Assembly: GCF_041146345.1 (NCBI RefSeq)
Contig: NW_027191409.1
Span: forward strand, 744,001-808,000
Source: Neodothiora populina
Taxonomy: Eukaryota
Length of the DNA stretch: 64,000 nt
Direction: 5' to 3'
The notes below the pieces were generated by a model. That model was not told where the DNA came from and ran no database searches. It was given only the letters and a program-made list of their open reading frames with translations. Made by a program: the position numbers and the translations under genes. This document shows, piece by piece, positions 26,973-40,109 of this stretch (positions are counted from its first letter, which is position 1; every line of letters begins with the position of its first letter).

Positions 26973-29900
26973 TCAGATCTCAGCCGCCGAGTCCTTCCTA
27001 TTGAGCAACGGTCTGAGCTCCTGAAACTTGACAGGTTTGGGCATGTAAATATCGATCCCCGAGCTCTCGGCTTCCTGTTGGGCAGACTTGCTAGCGAGAC
27101 CTGTGAGTGCAATGACCGTCGCTCTGGGCAGCTCTTTCTCCGCCTCAAACTCTCTTATGCGTCGTGTTGCTTCCATACCGTTCATGACAGGCATGCTTAT
27201 GTCCATGAGGACAAAGTCGAACGGTCTGCCGCCTCTTTCGCGTGCTTCAGGATCGTGAGATGCAATGTAAGCGTCCAGGGCTTCTTGTCCGTTCGATGCT
27301 TCCGCGTAGGTAAACTTGTGCTTCTTCATGAACATGACCAACAGCTGGAGATTGATGCGATTGTCGTCGACGAGTAATACGTGAGGTACGATTGAAGGCT
27401 TCGTTGGCATGGGTTGGGGACCGCCTTTGGCTCCGTTGATGTTCACCGGAAGTGAAATAAGTGAAGCCTGCTTTGCGGCCATCATTTGTTCGGCACGTAT
27501 GTCGGTAAATTCGCCTACTTGCTCGGAATCGAGATTGGGCTTCTCGTCGGGAAAGGAGATAGCGGTGCTTCGTGGCACTTCGCTGGCAATCTCGCTGAGA
27601 TACTGGCTTGTGCGATCGGTCTCGCGCCTGTCTTCGCTCTCACTACGTGGCGGCAGACAAGGCTTTGAATAAGCGGGATGGGTGGGAACCACATTCATCC
27701 TGTGTGGCGAAAGTGAGCTTGTACTGACTTCCTGCATTGTATGGCCAAATGCCTCTTCGACACGGCGCATACAATGAGAAAGCACCTTTGCCATTTTTCG
27801 CGGCCCGCATCTGCACGGCAAATTAGTAGGTATAATTCACTCCTGGCCAAGAAGATCAGGAGTTGCAGAGAACAAGAACTTACGGTTGCGGGATGACTTC
27901 GACAATACGACCCAGCTCAGTCAAACGCCTGCTATGATTTGCGGTGATAGAGATTGCCTCGGACGCGTTCAAACAAACGATGATAAGAGGCACCTCTTTC
28001 CCGTTGCCACCATCCTTAGCATTTCTTCTGACGCTGTGATGCTCAAGAAGATATTCGACCGATGGCGGTTCTGTGTACATGAAAACATCGGCGTCAACAC
28101 CTTGCATGCTGCTGGCCTTGACGATGTCCATTTCGAACCACCCGTAGCAGACTTCCCGTAATGTAGTGTCGAGTCTAGCAATATGGTCGTAAGCTGCTTT
28201 CTCTTTCTGCGAGTTCGGGTCGAGGAGACAGAGGCGCAGCCCTCGTGTCTTTTCAGCCACCGAGCTGATCTCGTCATTGAGAATACCCACGGGAGCCGAG
28301 ATCTCTGCGGCAGGTAGACTCAGGCTGACGTCAATCTCTGTACCGACATCCTGGACACTCTTCAGATCGATAGTGCCCCCCAACGAATCCACGATCTGCC
28401 GGACAATGCTCAGGCCCAGTCCTGTTCCAGGCTGGAAAGTATCTTCTTGACTAAAAGGGACAAAGAGGCGATTCTTCTGAAAGTCCTCCGACATGCCCTT
28501 ACCAGAGTCAACTACTCGGAAGGTGGCATCAATCATGTTGGGAGTGGCACTCTCGCGGGCACGCAGGGAGACTGCAACGAATCCGGATGGCGTGTACTTC
28601 AGCGCATTGCCGAGGAGGTTCATGATGATGCGCCGAAGGGCACCAGGCTGCGTTCGGACTCTCCAACTCATGCGTGGGCTGATGTCGAGAAGCACAGACA
28701 CTGTACCATCTCGTACATTGAATGTATCCATTGAAGAATTCGCGGTACTGACCGACGAGCTCCTGCTGAATGTGTGAGAGGTGTAGTTTGAGCCCAGCTC
28801 TCCCGTGTGCATCATCTTGAAAGCATGTCCCGCACACACTGCCTCAACGACTTCCTCAACAACGATGCCAAGATCGATTTCAGCTGTGATGTTCAGACTT
28901 TCCATGGGTGAATCGACTGGCGCTTTGGTGACTTTGTTGGATCTGGCATTTTTCCTCATCTTAGAACGACCGATTTTGTTGATTTTGGAGTAATCGAGCA
29001 CATGGTCTAGAGTCTCCAGTAGGGTCTTTCCACAAGTAGAGATGGAGTTGATCAGGCCCATCTGATAGGAGTCTGCCGCAGTGTCCTGAAGAAATTCGAC
29101 ACTCCCGAGTATGCCGTGCAGGGGCGACCGTAGTTCGTGAGACATGGAAGCGATGAACGTCGTCTTGGCCCGATCGTCTTTGAGTGCCGTCAAACGAGCC
29201 ACCTCGCTCATGATGGTGTTACCGAAGGCGCGTAGGTAGGAAAGATCATCGTCCAGAGTCATCATTTTTCCCGTTGCCGAGGTCCAGAGAAAAGCTCCCG
29301 CCACCATTTTATCATCCATGTAATCCCAGAGAGGAAGGAATATCACATTCCTGACGCCCGGAAGATTTTTCAGAAGTTCAGTGTGTGTCATTCTTATCTT
29401 TTGTTTGCGCTTGAGCACCTTGTCTGTGTCCACGTCAGTCTCATTCTGCTCACACTCGTCTCCACTTCGTTTCTCCTTCTGGCTTTCGCTTGCGGAATCG
29501 TCCTCGGACGAGAGACCCGAGCCCGCCTCGGAAAAGTGGAATGATTTGCCGTGGGGATATAATTTGAAGTAGTTCTCCAGCGTCGGCACAGCAAGAGCGG
29601 TGTTGTGGAACAGAGGGGCATCTCTCTCATTAGTGAGCGAAATACCCAGTACCTTGGACCTGAGCTGGGAGCTTCCATCCGAGTCTGTTGATGGATCACC
29701 TTCGGCTGTTTCGTTGGAAGAGGCGCGTCGATCATCGTCAGTGGCAGTCCCTCCCGCTTCTGATAGCCTGACTCTGCCAGAAGTTGCAGCTCGCAGGCTT
29801 GATTTTGCGTTGGTGTTGTTGCCATTCGGTCCGAAAAACACCACGCCCTCTGCCAAAGTCGATTCACGAAGGATCCGAGCGGCGCGGTCTAACATTCGAG

Positions 29901-30986
29901 TAAGGCTACTTCCCTTCTCTCGCTTCGGTAAAGGTGCCCGTGGCCGAGTGCTTGGTGATGATGCGCGTGCTGAATCTGGGCTCAGGGTCTCTTTGATATT
30001 GGTGATGTGTGAACCTTGAGGTGATAGGCGTGGTGACAGTCCTGGTATGCGAGATTTTCCTCCATCCCGCTCCTTTGAACCCTCGGCAGACGCTTGAGAC
30101 TGTGCTATAGATTCCTTGCGTGCATCGGCTGCTTTCTCTTCCTGCAATGTCCGCATGCTCGGTGAACCCTCGATGAAGTCGGCCATGCCTCGCACGATGC
30201 GTTCACCTTTGTACCGATCCACCCTATCCCTAGCCCATTCCATATGGTCCATGATACTAAGGGCAATGTCTTGCATGAAGCGCAGCTCATCGTAAGTGAT
30301 AGAGTGTCTCGGATTGTCATCTGAAACGGCATAAACTCCGATGACATGTCCGGATCTTGTCCGGATGGGTACACCAGCATAGAATCTCAGACCCGGCTTG
30401 GTATTCACATAAGGCCTGTCTGCGTACTCGGGGTCTAGGGAAAGATCAGGAATCACGGCAGCTTTGGCAGTGTATGGATTTCCTTTGTCATCCTTGACAG
30501 TGTAGGTACGTCTTAGTGTGCATTCACAAATGGCGTCGGCCTTGGGGACAATGGTGCTACCTAGCCACAGTTCATCATGTTCGTCATGGCGATTGTCATC
30601 AACGAGAGATATCGTCCTAGTAGCCTCGGCAAGAATGTACTGATGTGTCGAGTCAAGCAGCGATACCATGGCTCTGCGAACGCCAAGTCGTAAGGCAGCA
30701 AGTTGGGCAAACGCAGTCAAAGCCCGATCACGAGATTGTCGTGCATGGTATCCCATTGACGACAACTTGTCAAGAGAAAAGTTGTCGATGTGGCCTAAAT
30801 CATTAACCTGTCGTGAGAGTTTGTTGGAAGAGCCGTGAGCGTCTAGCCATGGCTGATAGTAACTGGATAAACGATCAGAATCATCACTCGCCGTTCGAGG
30901 AGGTAGGTACTTATTACTCACCGGTGCATCTCCCTCTCTTGAAGGGTCAAGGCCCTTTCCTTGGCCTTGGCCGGATCTATAGGCAT
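26973..30986 (-). CDS. Hybrid sensor histidine kinase/response regulator (GAF-HisKA-HATPase-REC)
   Basis: Exons 30986-30922, 30862-27884 and 27810-26973. GAF RFYAGVPIRTRSG, H-box FIASMSHELRSPLHGILG, N-box MNLLGNALKYT, G-boxes DSGKGM and GTGLGLSIV, and receiver VLLVDDN..VLMDISMPVMNG..KPV. Confidence 0.95.
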
Positions 30987-32394
30987 CCTGTCGCGGTTCT
31001 TGCGAGGACGGCTGAGATCGGTGAAGTGCAGTCAGAAGGGTGTGGGGATGTCACGATGATCAGGGGACGGACAGAAGTAGAAAGTACCACAAAAAAACGA
31101 AAGTATATGGAACTTATGACTGCCTCGAAGAAAACAGGACGGCGAACGAAATTGGCCGCAGAAACATGAAGTGAGAATAGAACTGGAAAGAAACACCCAG
31201 GGCAATAGCGAGGAAGTACGTGGCTTTCGAACCACATCAGTAGTACTAAAAGGTGTGCTTAGCTCGAATTTACTCGCACCCATGCGACTCTGAATCCCCA
31301 GGGGAAGGGGCGCACCGTGGCCATGGCGGACGCGCGATACTTGAGCCGCCTGTCAGTATGACGGACAGTTGGTGAAAAAGAAGGGCTTGACCAATAGACG
31401 TTCAGGGACGGCGAGAGCCAGACCCGATATTGCCTAAGGCTAAGTCGAGGCTCCGCAGCGGCACTAGATTGAAACGGGAGTTCGTAGAGAGGGCTAGGGA
31501 CACAACCGAGGCAGAGCCGCCTATAAGTGAACAGGAAAGGCGCTACGTGCCGACCGACTATACAGCATCTAGCGAAAGATGCGCAGCCAACTGACTCTGG
31601 TGTTGGAACGGACGCCGTAGACTTCGGCTGATTGACTTCGGATATATACATGTGTGCAAGGGAGGAATAAAGATAGGGTTCGAATGATAGCGCAGATCGC
31701 GAGGAACGTCTTCAAAGTCGCGGTACCCACACGACAGTTTCACGGACATGTTCCACAGTTCCACAGTGGTTCTGTGGTACCTTATTGACTGGCGGTTTCG
31801 CCAAGAGGTCTAACGCGGGATTTCCCACGTTCCCGATCCGTGCGATCTCTATCTCGATGCAGGCACGTCGTGCCATGCTCCTCACATCGCCACTTAAAGC
31901 CAAAACACAGTAGGAGTATTACGACCAGGGTTGCGAGACACAGTCGGTGCAGCTGACAGCGTGGAATTGGGTTTATTCATCCCCAAATATGAGCCTATGA
32001 AATTTGTGGTCTGAATGTATATGTACGAAGCTGGGCCTCGTATGTTATGAACTGGCTAAGGTAAATTGTAAAAAGACCTGTAGCTTTGCATGAGCCGGCG
32101 TGCCAAGAAAGTGAACTGGACTGTGTGAGGCTCTTATTATAGCAAATCAGGAAGTGGGTACATTGCACCAAGTGACCCTGATGGGCAGCCGTGAACTCGG
32201 TCGAAGATCGTCTGATCATCAGCCGTCTCATTCGCAGCAGAGGAGCCGGCGCTGTTCATATATCGCGCTCATGGTATGCACGGCATTCCTGTAGCCGAGT
32301 AGATCACAACCGATGGTCGGTGTCAAGTGGATCAGATCAGATTGTGAGGGAAAATTTGATGCGGCACTGGTGCCGATGTGGTGTTTCGGTAGCT

Positions 32395-33316
32395 CTATTC
32401 ATCGACGGCGTAGAGATTCTGGTTGAGGATCTTGTTCATGGTAAACATGTGCACGCGGTCGGTTTTGAAGACAGCGCGCATAGCATCGTCACAGCGAATC
32501 TGTCGCTTGTCACTGGGGTCTTGTAAATCGCGTGCCTTGACATACTCCCAGATCTTTTTCACGGTCTGGGGACGCGAGAGTTGAGTTTCACCGAGTAGCT
32601 GAGACAGTGGCTCGGAAAGACTCATTGGTTTCTTTGGGCTGTCAGTAAGACATGGAAGTCAAAGAAGAAGAAGGGATAGACCTACGTGAAAGCCGCCTTT
32701 GCGCTGCGGTTCCTTCTCGCTTGCCGACTCGTCGTTGCCATCGCCCTTGACCTTTGCCGCAGACTTTTTCTTTTGACGTTTGACAGGAGCCTTCTTCCGC
32801 GTACCGCCACCTCGAGTAGACCTGGAGCGGCGATCCTCTTCGGCCTGTAGTCTCGCAGCGAATGCGGCATCGTCCTCGTCGGCACCAGTCTTTGTCCTCT
32901 TCTTCTTAGGTTTTGGGGAATCCACAACATCGGACAGGTCGGAGTCCCCGACACTACGTTTGACGGGCGAGGAAGCAGCGCTCGTGACAGGCGATGGGAT
33001 GACAGCAGAAGTGCCGTTGGTTTTGGGGAGGTGATTGGGTGACTCTGCAGCGGCTGCGTCGAGGGTCTCCTCGTGGATTTTATCGAAACGCTCCTCGATG
33101 AGCCGGATGACTTGGTCCTAGAAAGTGTCAAGGTCAGACCAGCTTCCACTTGGTTGAATGGCAGGATGTTGTAGGAATCACCTCGTATCCACTGATGTTG
33201 TAACCGAGCCTAGCAGCCAGATTCTTGCGGACTCGCTTTGCGCCAATTGTGTTCAGATCGCTCTCGCGCAAGATCTGGTCGATGATGCTGGCGAACTTGG
33301 ACTCATCGTAGGACAT
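32395..33316 (-). CDS. DEK-C plus SWIB/MDM2 domain protein (Uaf30/Tri1/Spp27-like)
   Basis: Exons 33316-33182, 33117-32686 and 32631-32395. DEK-C IIDQILRESDLNTIGAKRVRK; SWIB GGFHKPMSLSEPLSQLLG..LSRPQTVKKIWEYVKARDLQDPSDKRQIRCD. Confidence 0.9.
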
Positions 33317-34349
33317 GGTGATGGAGGGGAAGTGCACAAAGTGCCTCATGCACTCGCTCTATACAGCACCTTATGGTTTCAGTAGCGAGAGCAAGTTGCG
33401 GGGGAGGATGTCGCAGAAAAGGCCCGACGTGCCCGATGGATAAGGTAGAGCTCGGTGGGGCGGTGGGAATGCCGGGTAGTCGAGTAAGGTGAATGAAGCA
33501 GGTGCGCTGCAAGCAACCCAGGTGCTTTGCACAGCGGACCGGTCTTATATGTGGAGAGAGACAGCTCTGCAAAGCGAAGCGAGGCGATTATTGTTTGGTA
33601 GACGGATCGTGTTCAGCTGCGGTTGTTTGCTGGACGAACAGAGAGACGGTCGATCTCAGAGGATGAGTGAGTGGTGCGTCTTTGAGATGTATGATTATAA
33701 ATTACAGGTTGTGAGTCAGTGGGCTTTGATGCAGTCAGATGGGGGTGAGTAGGTAGGTAGTCAGATAGGATCTCTCAATAAATGTAGGGTGAGTGGTATT
33801 GTATGTGTATGCAGTAGCTGCATCCAAGGTACAGTACAGTACCACACAGTACAGAACACACAGAGACTCGACTTTACCTCATGTCCAACACAATAAATGC
33901 GGAGGCGGGAGACTGATTTTGGGGTATCTTTGTATTTGTACCGTACTGTACCTTAAGGTAGGTAGGGTAGATTTGCAGTACAAGTAATTACAGCACACCA
34001 GACACTAGTTCACCTACCTAGGTAGGTACCCAAGGTAGTTTATTCGACAAGAGACGGCGAGGAGGATGGATTCTCCGGTGCGGTGCATCTCTGGGCGAAA
34101 GAAAGCAAGCACGAAGTCTTGGCATAATTCTTGTCTGTCTACCAGGCCGAGAATGTCCCGGAGATCCACTCTTTGGTTTTTCGTTGCTCGCTGCCTGCCA
34201 CCAACACGCACGCACGCACGCACTGCAAGAAGGTCCATCATCTCTTCTGTCTACCGGAAGCACGTCGTCGCCGTTCACACACAAGTTCAAGCAGGGCATA
34301 ATCACCCTCTCTAACACACCCCAGAAGCAGTGCTGCCACATTGCCCAGT

Positions 34350-36705
34350 ATGGCGCCGAGCTTCGACAACCTCCCCGACGATGTCGACATCGACGACATC
34401 GACATTGACTTCTCTGGTGCGTCTCTGCGCTCACCCTCGACAAATCGATTGCTTTTCATCATACTAATCCTCTGCGCCAGACCTCCGCGACCAGTATGAA
34501 GTGCGCATGGAAGAGGGTCTCGACACTTTCGTCATTGTCGACGGCCTTCCCAAGGTCCCCGAGGACAGCAAGCAGAAGCTCGTCAAGTTCATCCTCCGCA
34601 AGCTCACCACCGCCGGCAAGACCAGCGAGGATCTCATCTTCATGCCTCTGAACGAAGACACCGGCATGACCGAGGGCTACGCCTTCGTCGAGTACGGAGC
34701 CCCCGAGCAGGCTGTCGCCGCCGTCAAGCAGCTCAACGGCACTCCTCTCGACAAGAAACACACCATGGCCGTCAACAAGCTGACCGACATCGAGCGCTTT
34801 GGCCGCGAGGGCCGCATCGAAGAGGAGTACACTGCGCCCCACATGGACGAGTTCCAAGAGAAGGACCACCTGCGCTGGTGGTTGGCAGACAACGAGGGCA
34901 GAGACCAGTTTGTCCTGTACCGCGCCGACAACGTCGGTGTTTACTGGAACGAGAAGGACGACTCTCCCGAGCCCATCGTCGACAGACAGCACTGGACCGA
35001 GTCTTTCATCCAGTGGTCGCCAAAGGGAACATACCTCACTTCCATGCACGCACAGGGTGTCCAGCTCTGGGGCGGCCCGTCGTGGAGCAGACAGAAGCGT
35101 TTCGCCCACCCCGGCGTCAACCTGGTCGACTACTCGCCTGACGAGCGCTACCTCACAACCTGGTCTCACCGCCCCATGCAGGTCGACGAGGGCCACCCTG
35201 TTCTGTCCGTCGAGGAGGATGGCAAGAACTACATCATCTGGGACGTCGAGACCGGCAAGGTCCTCCGTTCCTTCGTCACACTGGATCTCCCCGGCCCTGC
35301 CGCGGATGCCGAGGGCAACCCGATCAAGAAGAAGCTGCAATGGCCCGCGTTCAAGTGGTCCGCCGACGCCAAGTACGTCGCTCGCATGACCCCTGGACAG
35401 TCCATCTCCGTCTACGAGCTCCCTAGAATGAACCTCGTCGACAAAACCTCCATCAAGATCGAGGGTGTCATGGACTTCGAGTGGTCTCCCGCCACCCCTC
35501 AGCGCGAGGGACAGAAGAACTACGAGCAGCTGCTCTGCTACTGGACTCCCGAGCTTGGCTCTCAGCCCGCCAAGGTCGGCCTGATGACCCTCCCCTCCAA
35601 GGACATTGTCCGAACGCGAAACCTGTTCAACGTTTCCGACGCCAAGCTGCACTGGCAGTCAAACGCCGACTTCCTGTGTGTCAAGGTCGACCGCCACTCC
35701 AAGTCCAAGAAGTCCCTGGCTACCAACCTCGAGATCTTCCGCATCAAGGAGAAGGGTGTGCCCGTCGAGGTCGTCGACTCGATCAAAGACACCGTCATCA
35801 ACTTCGCATGGGAGCCCAAGGGTGACCGGTTCGTGTTGATCACCGCTGGCGAAGTCCCCGCCGGAGCAGCAGTGCCGCCCAAGACGGCCGTCTCCTTCTT
35901 CTGCCCCGAAAAGGCAAAGGGCAACCAGGTGGGCAACTTCAAGCTCATCCGAACCGTCGACAAGAAGAACAACAACGCGATCCACTGGTCGCCCAGCGGA
36001 CGATTCGTGCTCGTCGCCACCGTCTTGTCACAACAGAGCTTCGATCTCGACTTCTACGACTTTGACTACGAGGGCGAGAAGGACGAGAAGGACAAGGACC
36101 TGACGGCCAACCTGCAGCTCATGGCCACGGGCGACCACTACGGTGTGACGGATATCGAGTGGGACCCGTCTGGACGCTTTGTCGCGACGAGCGCGAGTGT
36201 GTGGAAACACAGAGTAAGTTTTTCTTTTTTTCTCTTTTCCTTTTTCTCAGCAGCGAGATTCTGGCTAGCTAACACAAAACCCCCCTCCCAGATGGAAAAC
36301 GGTTACCACCTGTACGACTTCAAGGGCACGCTGCTGCGCGAAGAGCCGCTCGAGCAATTCAAGCAATGGGCATGGCGCCCGCGCCCGGAGCGTCTCCTGT
36401 CCAAGGAAGAAATGAAGGCGGTGCGCAAGAACCTGCGCGAATGGTCCAAGCAATTCGAAGAGCAAGACGCCGCCAAGAAGAACACGGCGAACCGCGCCGT
36501 GGTCGAGCAACGCCGCCGCGCCCTCGACGAGTGGCTCGCCTGGCGCGAACGCACGGAGAACGACCTGCGCGAGGAGCGCACAGAGTACGGCCTCGAGGAG
36601 CTGTCGCTCGAGGAAAAGGCCGCGCGCGAGGAGGACGTCGAGGGCACCTATGTCGACGAGGTCGTCGAGGAGATTGTCGAGGAGTCCGAGGAGATCATCG
36701 GTTAG
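34350..36705 (+). CDS. PRT1: Translation initiation factor eIF3 subunit b
   Basis: Exons 34350-34416, 34481-36213 and 36292-36705. [20 protein letters not shown], beta-propeller [15 protein letters not shown] and TRNLFNVSD, and [10 protein letters not shown]. Strong C/G third-position bias typical of highly expressed genes. Confidence 0.97.
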
Positions 36706-37107
36706 TTGGGTCCAGTCAGAGACTAGAGTCTACCAAAAGAAAAAAGCAGCGCGGTTTCTCTCTTCTGTCGTCGCATCGCAGCATCGCCTGTTTCGCCTCG
36801 TCTTCTAGGTGTTCGGGTCCGGTTTCGTGCTTTCGGAGGAATAGGCCGAGACTACCAAAACGGAGAAGGGATGAATGATAGTAGACAACATGAATACGAA
36901 CTCTTGGTTTCTTTTCAGTAAAGCGAATTCAACACAGCGGCACTCCTATACGTTTCTTTTCTGCTCGGGTGTCATTGATTCTCACCGCTGTCATGTCAAC
37001 ACGAGAACATGTCTTTTGCTTTCAATCATGAGTATATGTCTAGTCTTGAATCTGCACGCCACCGCCTCTCCCCCTCTCTCCCCCATCTCTAACAAGTAAG
37101 AAAGACC

Positions 37108-38507
37108 CTAGTCATCTCCCCGAATGCCACAAATATCCGTCCCAAAAACATGATCCAACCAAGCGAAGAGCAACCAATAAAGACTAGCATTCTTCCAATC
37201 GAAGCCTCCGTCTTCTGTCCTCGGCACCGTCGACCCGATCAGATCTCCTGCCCCTGCTGCTGCGTTGACCAGGCTGGTTGGCTTTCCGCTACTACTGTTG
37301 CTGCTGCCGAAGAGCAGGGCCATGATGTAGCCGATGATGCCCGTGTAGCGCGGCGGAGCGGGCAGGAAGGCTTGTTCCGGGGGCAGCAGCACGGCGCGAG
37401 TGGCGCCTGGGACGCGCATCGGTCTCTGTTTCGGGGGTTGGGCTTGTTGCTGCTGTTGTTGTTGTTGTTGTTGGAAGGCTGTTGTTGTGCTTGAGAGGGA
37501 GTCGAAGGGGTGGTTGGAGTTGAGGTTGGGTGTTGTTGTGCTGCGCGGTAGAGAAGTGAAAGAGGGCTTTTGGGGGCGGCCGTTGGCGGTGCCCGAGGAT
37601 AGCGTGTGGGAGGACTCTGGGGACGTCGTCATGGTGTCCTGCGACAGGGTGTTTGTGGAAAAGGACTTGGGGAGGGAGACGGTGTCGATTTGAGCGCCGG
37701 CGTTGGAGTAGGGTATGGGAGCGTCGCTCGGGGGAGGCGTGCCGCGGTATAGTTCTGCGTAGACCAGAAACCCATGGATGGGGTGCGGCGAGCAGTGACA
37801 GGCCAGATCTGCAGCTTCGGGCGAGTCGAAGGTGACTTTGATCCAGTGGTTGCCGCCTTTGTACGCGTTGCGTTTCCTCAACGCCGCCTGTGAGAGACTG
37901 CCGCGCTGGGCTCTGACTCGGTTCAGGGAGATGGTGTGGTCGTATTTCTGATGCGGAGGATGTCTGTCGTAGTCCTCGTAGATGAGGCCGTTGGAGATGC
38001 GCTCGTAGTATTCAATTGCCGCCCACTGCGAGTCTTCGCCGAAGCCAAAGAGGATGACTTCGGTGGGTTCCTTGTCTGGCAGCGACGACTGTGCGGCTGC
38101 AGCATTGCCATCGGCAGACGAGAGAGGGGCATCCGTCTTGGACTGTGGAAGGGGCTGCTTGGCCCTCTGTTCTTGCATATATCTGTTGAATATAGCGTCC
38201 TCGTTCTGCGCATTCTCCAGTCGGACGGCGTCTTCTTTGCGTGCTGGTGTCGCTGTCTTGCTGCGCGAAAAGCCACGGCGGCGCGTCGATCGTCCAAAGG
38301 GGCCCTTTTCTTCCGTCTCTCGTCGGCGACCCAGTTCCGTGCTGTTGATGATGTGTTAGACAAGCGAACGATCAAAGTACAAGGATTGGTCGTTGTTACT
38401 TACTCGGCGTATTCATAGCCCCAGGGCAGTCTCTTGCCCGACGCATCTATGGCTCTTTCGCTCTCGGGCACAGCATGCACCTGCATGCCTCCTCTTAATG
38501 AGTTCAT
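37108..38507 (-). CDS. NUP53: Nucleoporin Nup53/Nup40-like (Nup35-type RRM)
   Basis: Exons 38507-38404 and 38341-37108. RRM EVILFGF...GGNHWIKVTFDSPEAADLA, a polyQ tract, and a C-terminal amphipathic segment LYWLLFAWLDHVFG. Confidence 0.75.
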
Positions 38508-38977
38508 AGTGACGGCAATGAGAGGATTGAAAGCGAGCAAAGAAGGGCGGAGGATTCTCCTCGAGCGATCACTTGTCAAAACATAGAGAGAAGCTCCCGA
38601 ATTACGCGCTAAAACAACAATTCAATTAATAAGGTAGGTACCTCCAAAGTCTCAACCTCCGCCTTGGCACTAACCACACCTCTCCCCCTCCCATCTTATA
38701 CAATTCACTGCCCCCTAGATCATCCACGACAGACAAGAGTCCGACCAAGTCCCTTCTGTCGAGTACACATCACTAATACTGAGAATTGCTATCGTACAAT
38801 ATGGTTCAAGTGTAAACAAGGTAAGTAACAGCAAGGTAAGGTAGATATTCGCTTGATGATAAACTACGTCACTCGACATCAAGTTCAAGTCCATTCCGAC
38901 ATCTCTTCTTTCTGACAACGCCATTGCTATCACAAACCCTTCATTGTCGTCTTTCGACTAGAACATAGCACGATACC

Positions 38978-40109
38978 ATGGACGACGAGAACAGCAACAA
39001 AGAGCGTCAAGCCGCCGAGCTCACCCTCCTCGAGACCATGTACCCTACCGAGTTCGCATGGAGGAGTAATCCACCTCCAGATCTAACTCGGTCTGACTTT
39101 GCGGATCCCGTCTTTGCTCTGACTCTACATCGTGCGTGTACACTTCCCTTCTTTCGATCCTGATATATGTCCACCTCCAAGGCTCAACGGTACAAGTTCT
39201 GCCACTTTTACAAAACTTGAACTTTCCTACTTCTCGAGACCATGTCCATTGCATGCTGAATCCCAAACCTGCTTTGACCTCCGATCGCGAGTTCACCTTG
39301 TCTGAATATTCGCATCGACAAACCCTGTCCTTTGCTGTCTCCCTTCTCTTTCTTCTCCCAGCAGGATGATCGTTTCTCTGTCCATCAAACCAACACAAAA
39401 AGCAGCATCATTCACCCTCGAATTCACTCTACCAAAGACCTACCCCTCGACAGACAAACCCTCAGTCTACCTCTCGTGCGGCGAGACAATACCAACCTCA
39501 ACCCGAAAACAGTCTCGAGCAGCGCTTGCCTCGATAATAGCCGACCAACCCTCCGACACCGAGATTCCAGACTTGATAACCACTTCCTTCCTGGACATCT
39601 TGTCCAAATTCACTTCCAACGACGACGACGACGACGACCAAGAGAACAAACACACTGACTCCGACCCCTCAGCCACAAACCCCTCGAACTCAACCTCCCC
39701 ACAACGAACAAAACAAGTCACAATCTGGTCCCATCACCTCCTCTCAACCACGAAACGCAAACAAATCACCTCATGGTCCCGCGAGCTGTCTCTGCACGGC
39801 TACTCACGGCCAGGCCATCCAGGCGCCGTCTTCGCAGAAGGACCAGAAGACGGCATCGACGAGTTCATTGCTCGGCTCAAGGCGCTGCGATGGCAGGCTT
39901 TGCAGGTCCGGAGCGAGTGTTCCGTCGAGCGAAGCATGTTCTGTTCTCGGGGTGACGGTGGGGCTGCGGGGACGTCAGAGGGGGTAGGGATCGTCGAAAT
40001 GCAGAGTTTGGGAGAGATTGTCGAGGCGCTGAGGAAGAGAGATGAGGGTGTCGCTGCGGGATTCTTGGAGGCGATGAAGATTGCCTCTTCCTCGTCATCA
40101 TCTTCTTGA
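38978..40109 (+). CDS. RWD-domain plus DUF1115 protein (RWDD2-like); splicing uncertain
   Basis: Exon 1, 38978-39131, encodes QAAELTLLETMYP (RWD start). The downstream exon from about 39403 encodes FTLPKTYP, IWSHHLLSTTKRK, GYSRPGHPGAVFAEG and LKALRWQ. Confidence 0.75.

Noticed and set aside
34459..35652. 397-aa antisense ORF (and other shadow ORFs) over eIF3b
   Set aside because: Expected by-product of strong third-position C/G bias on the sense gene; it has no recognisable motifs.
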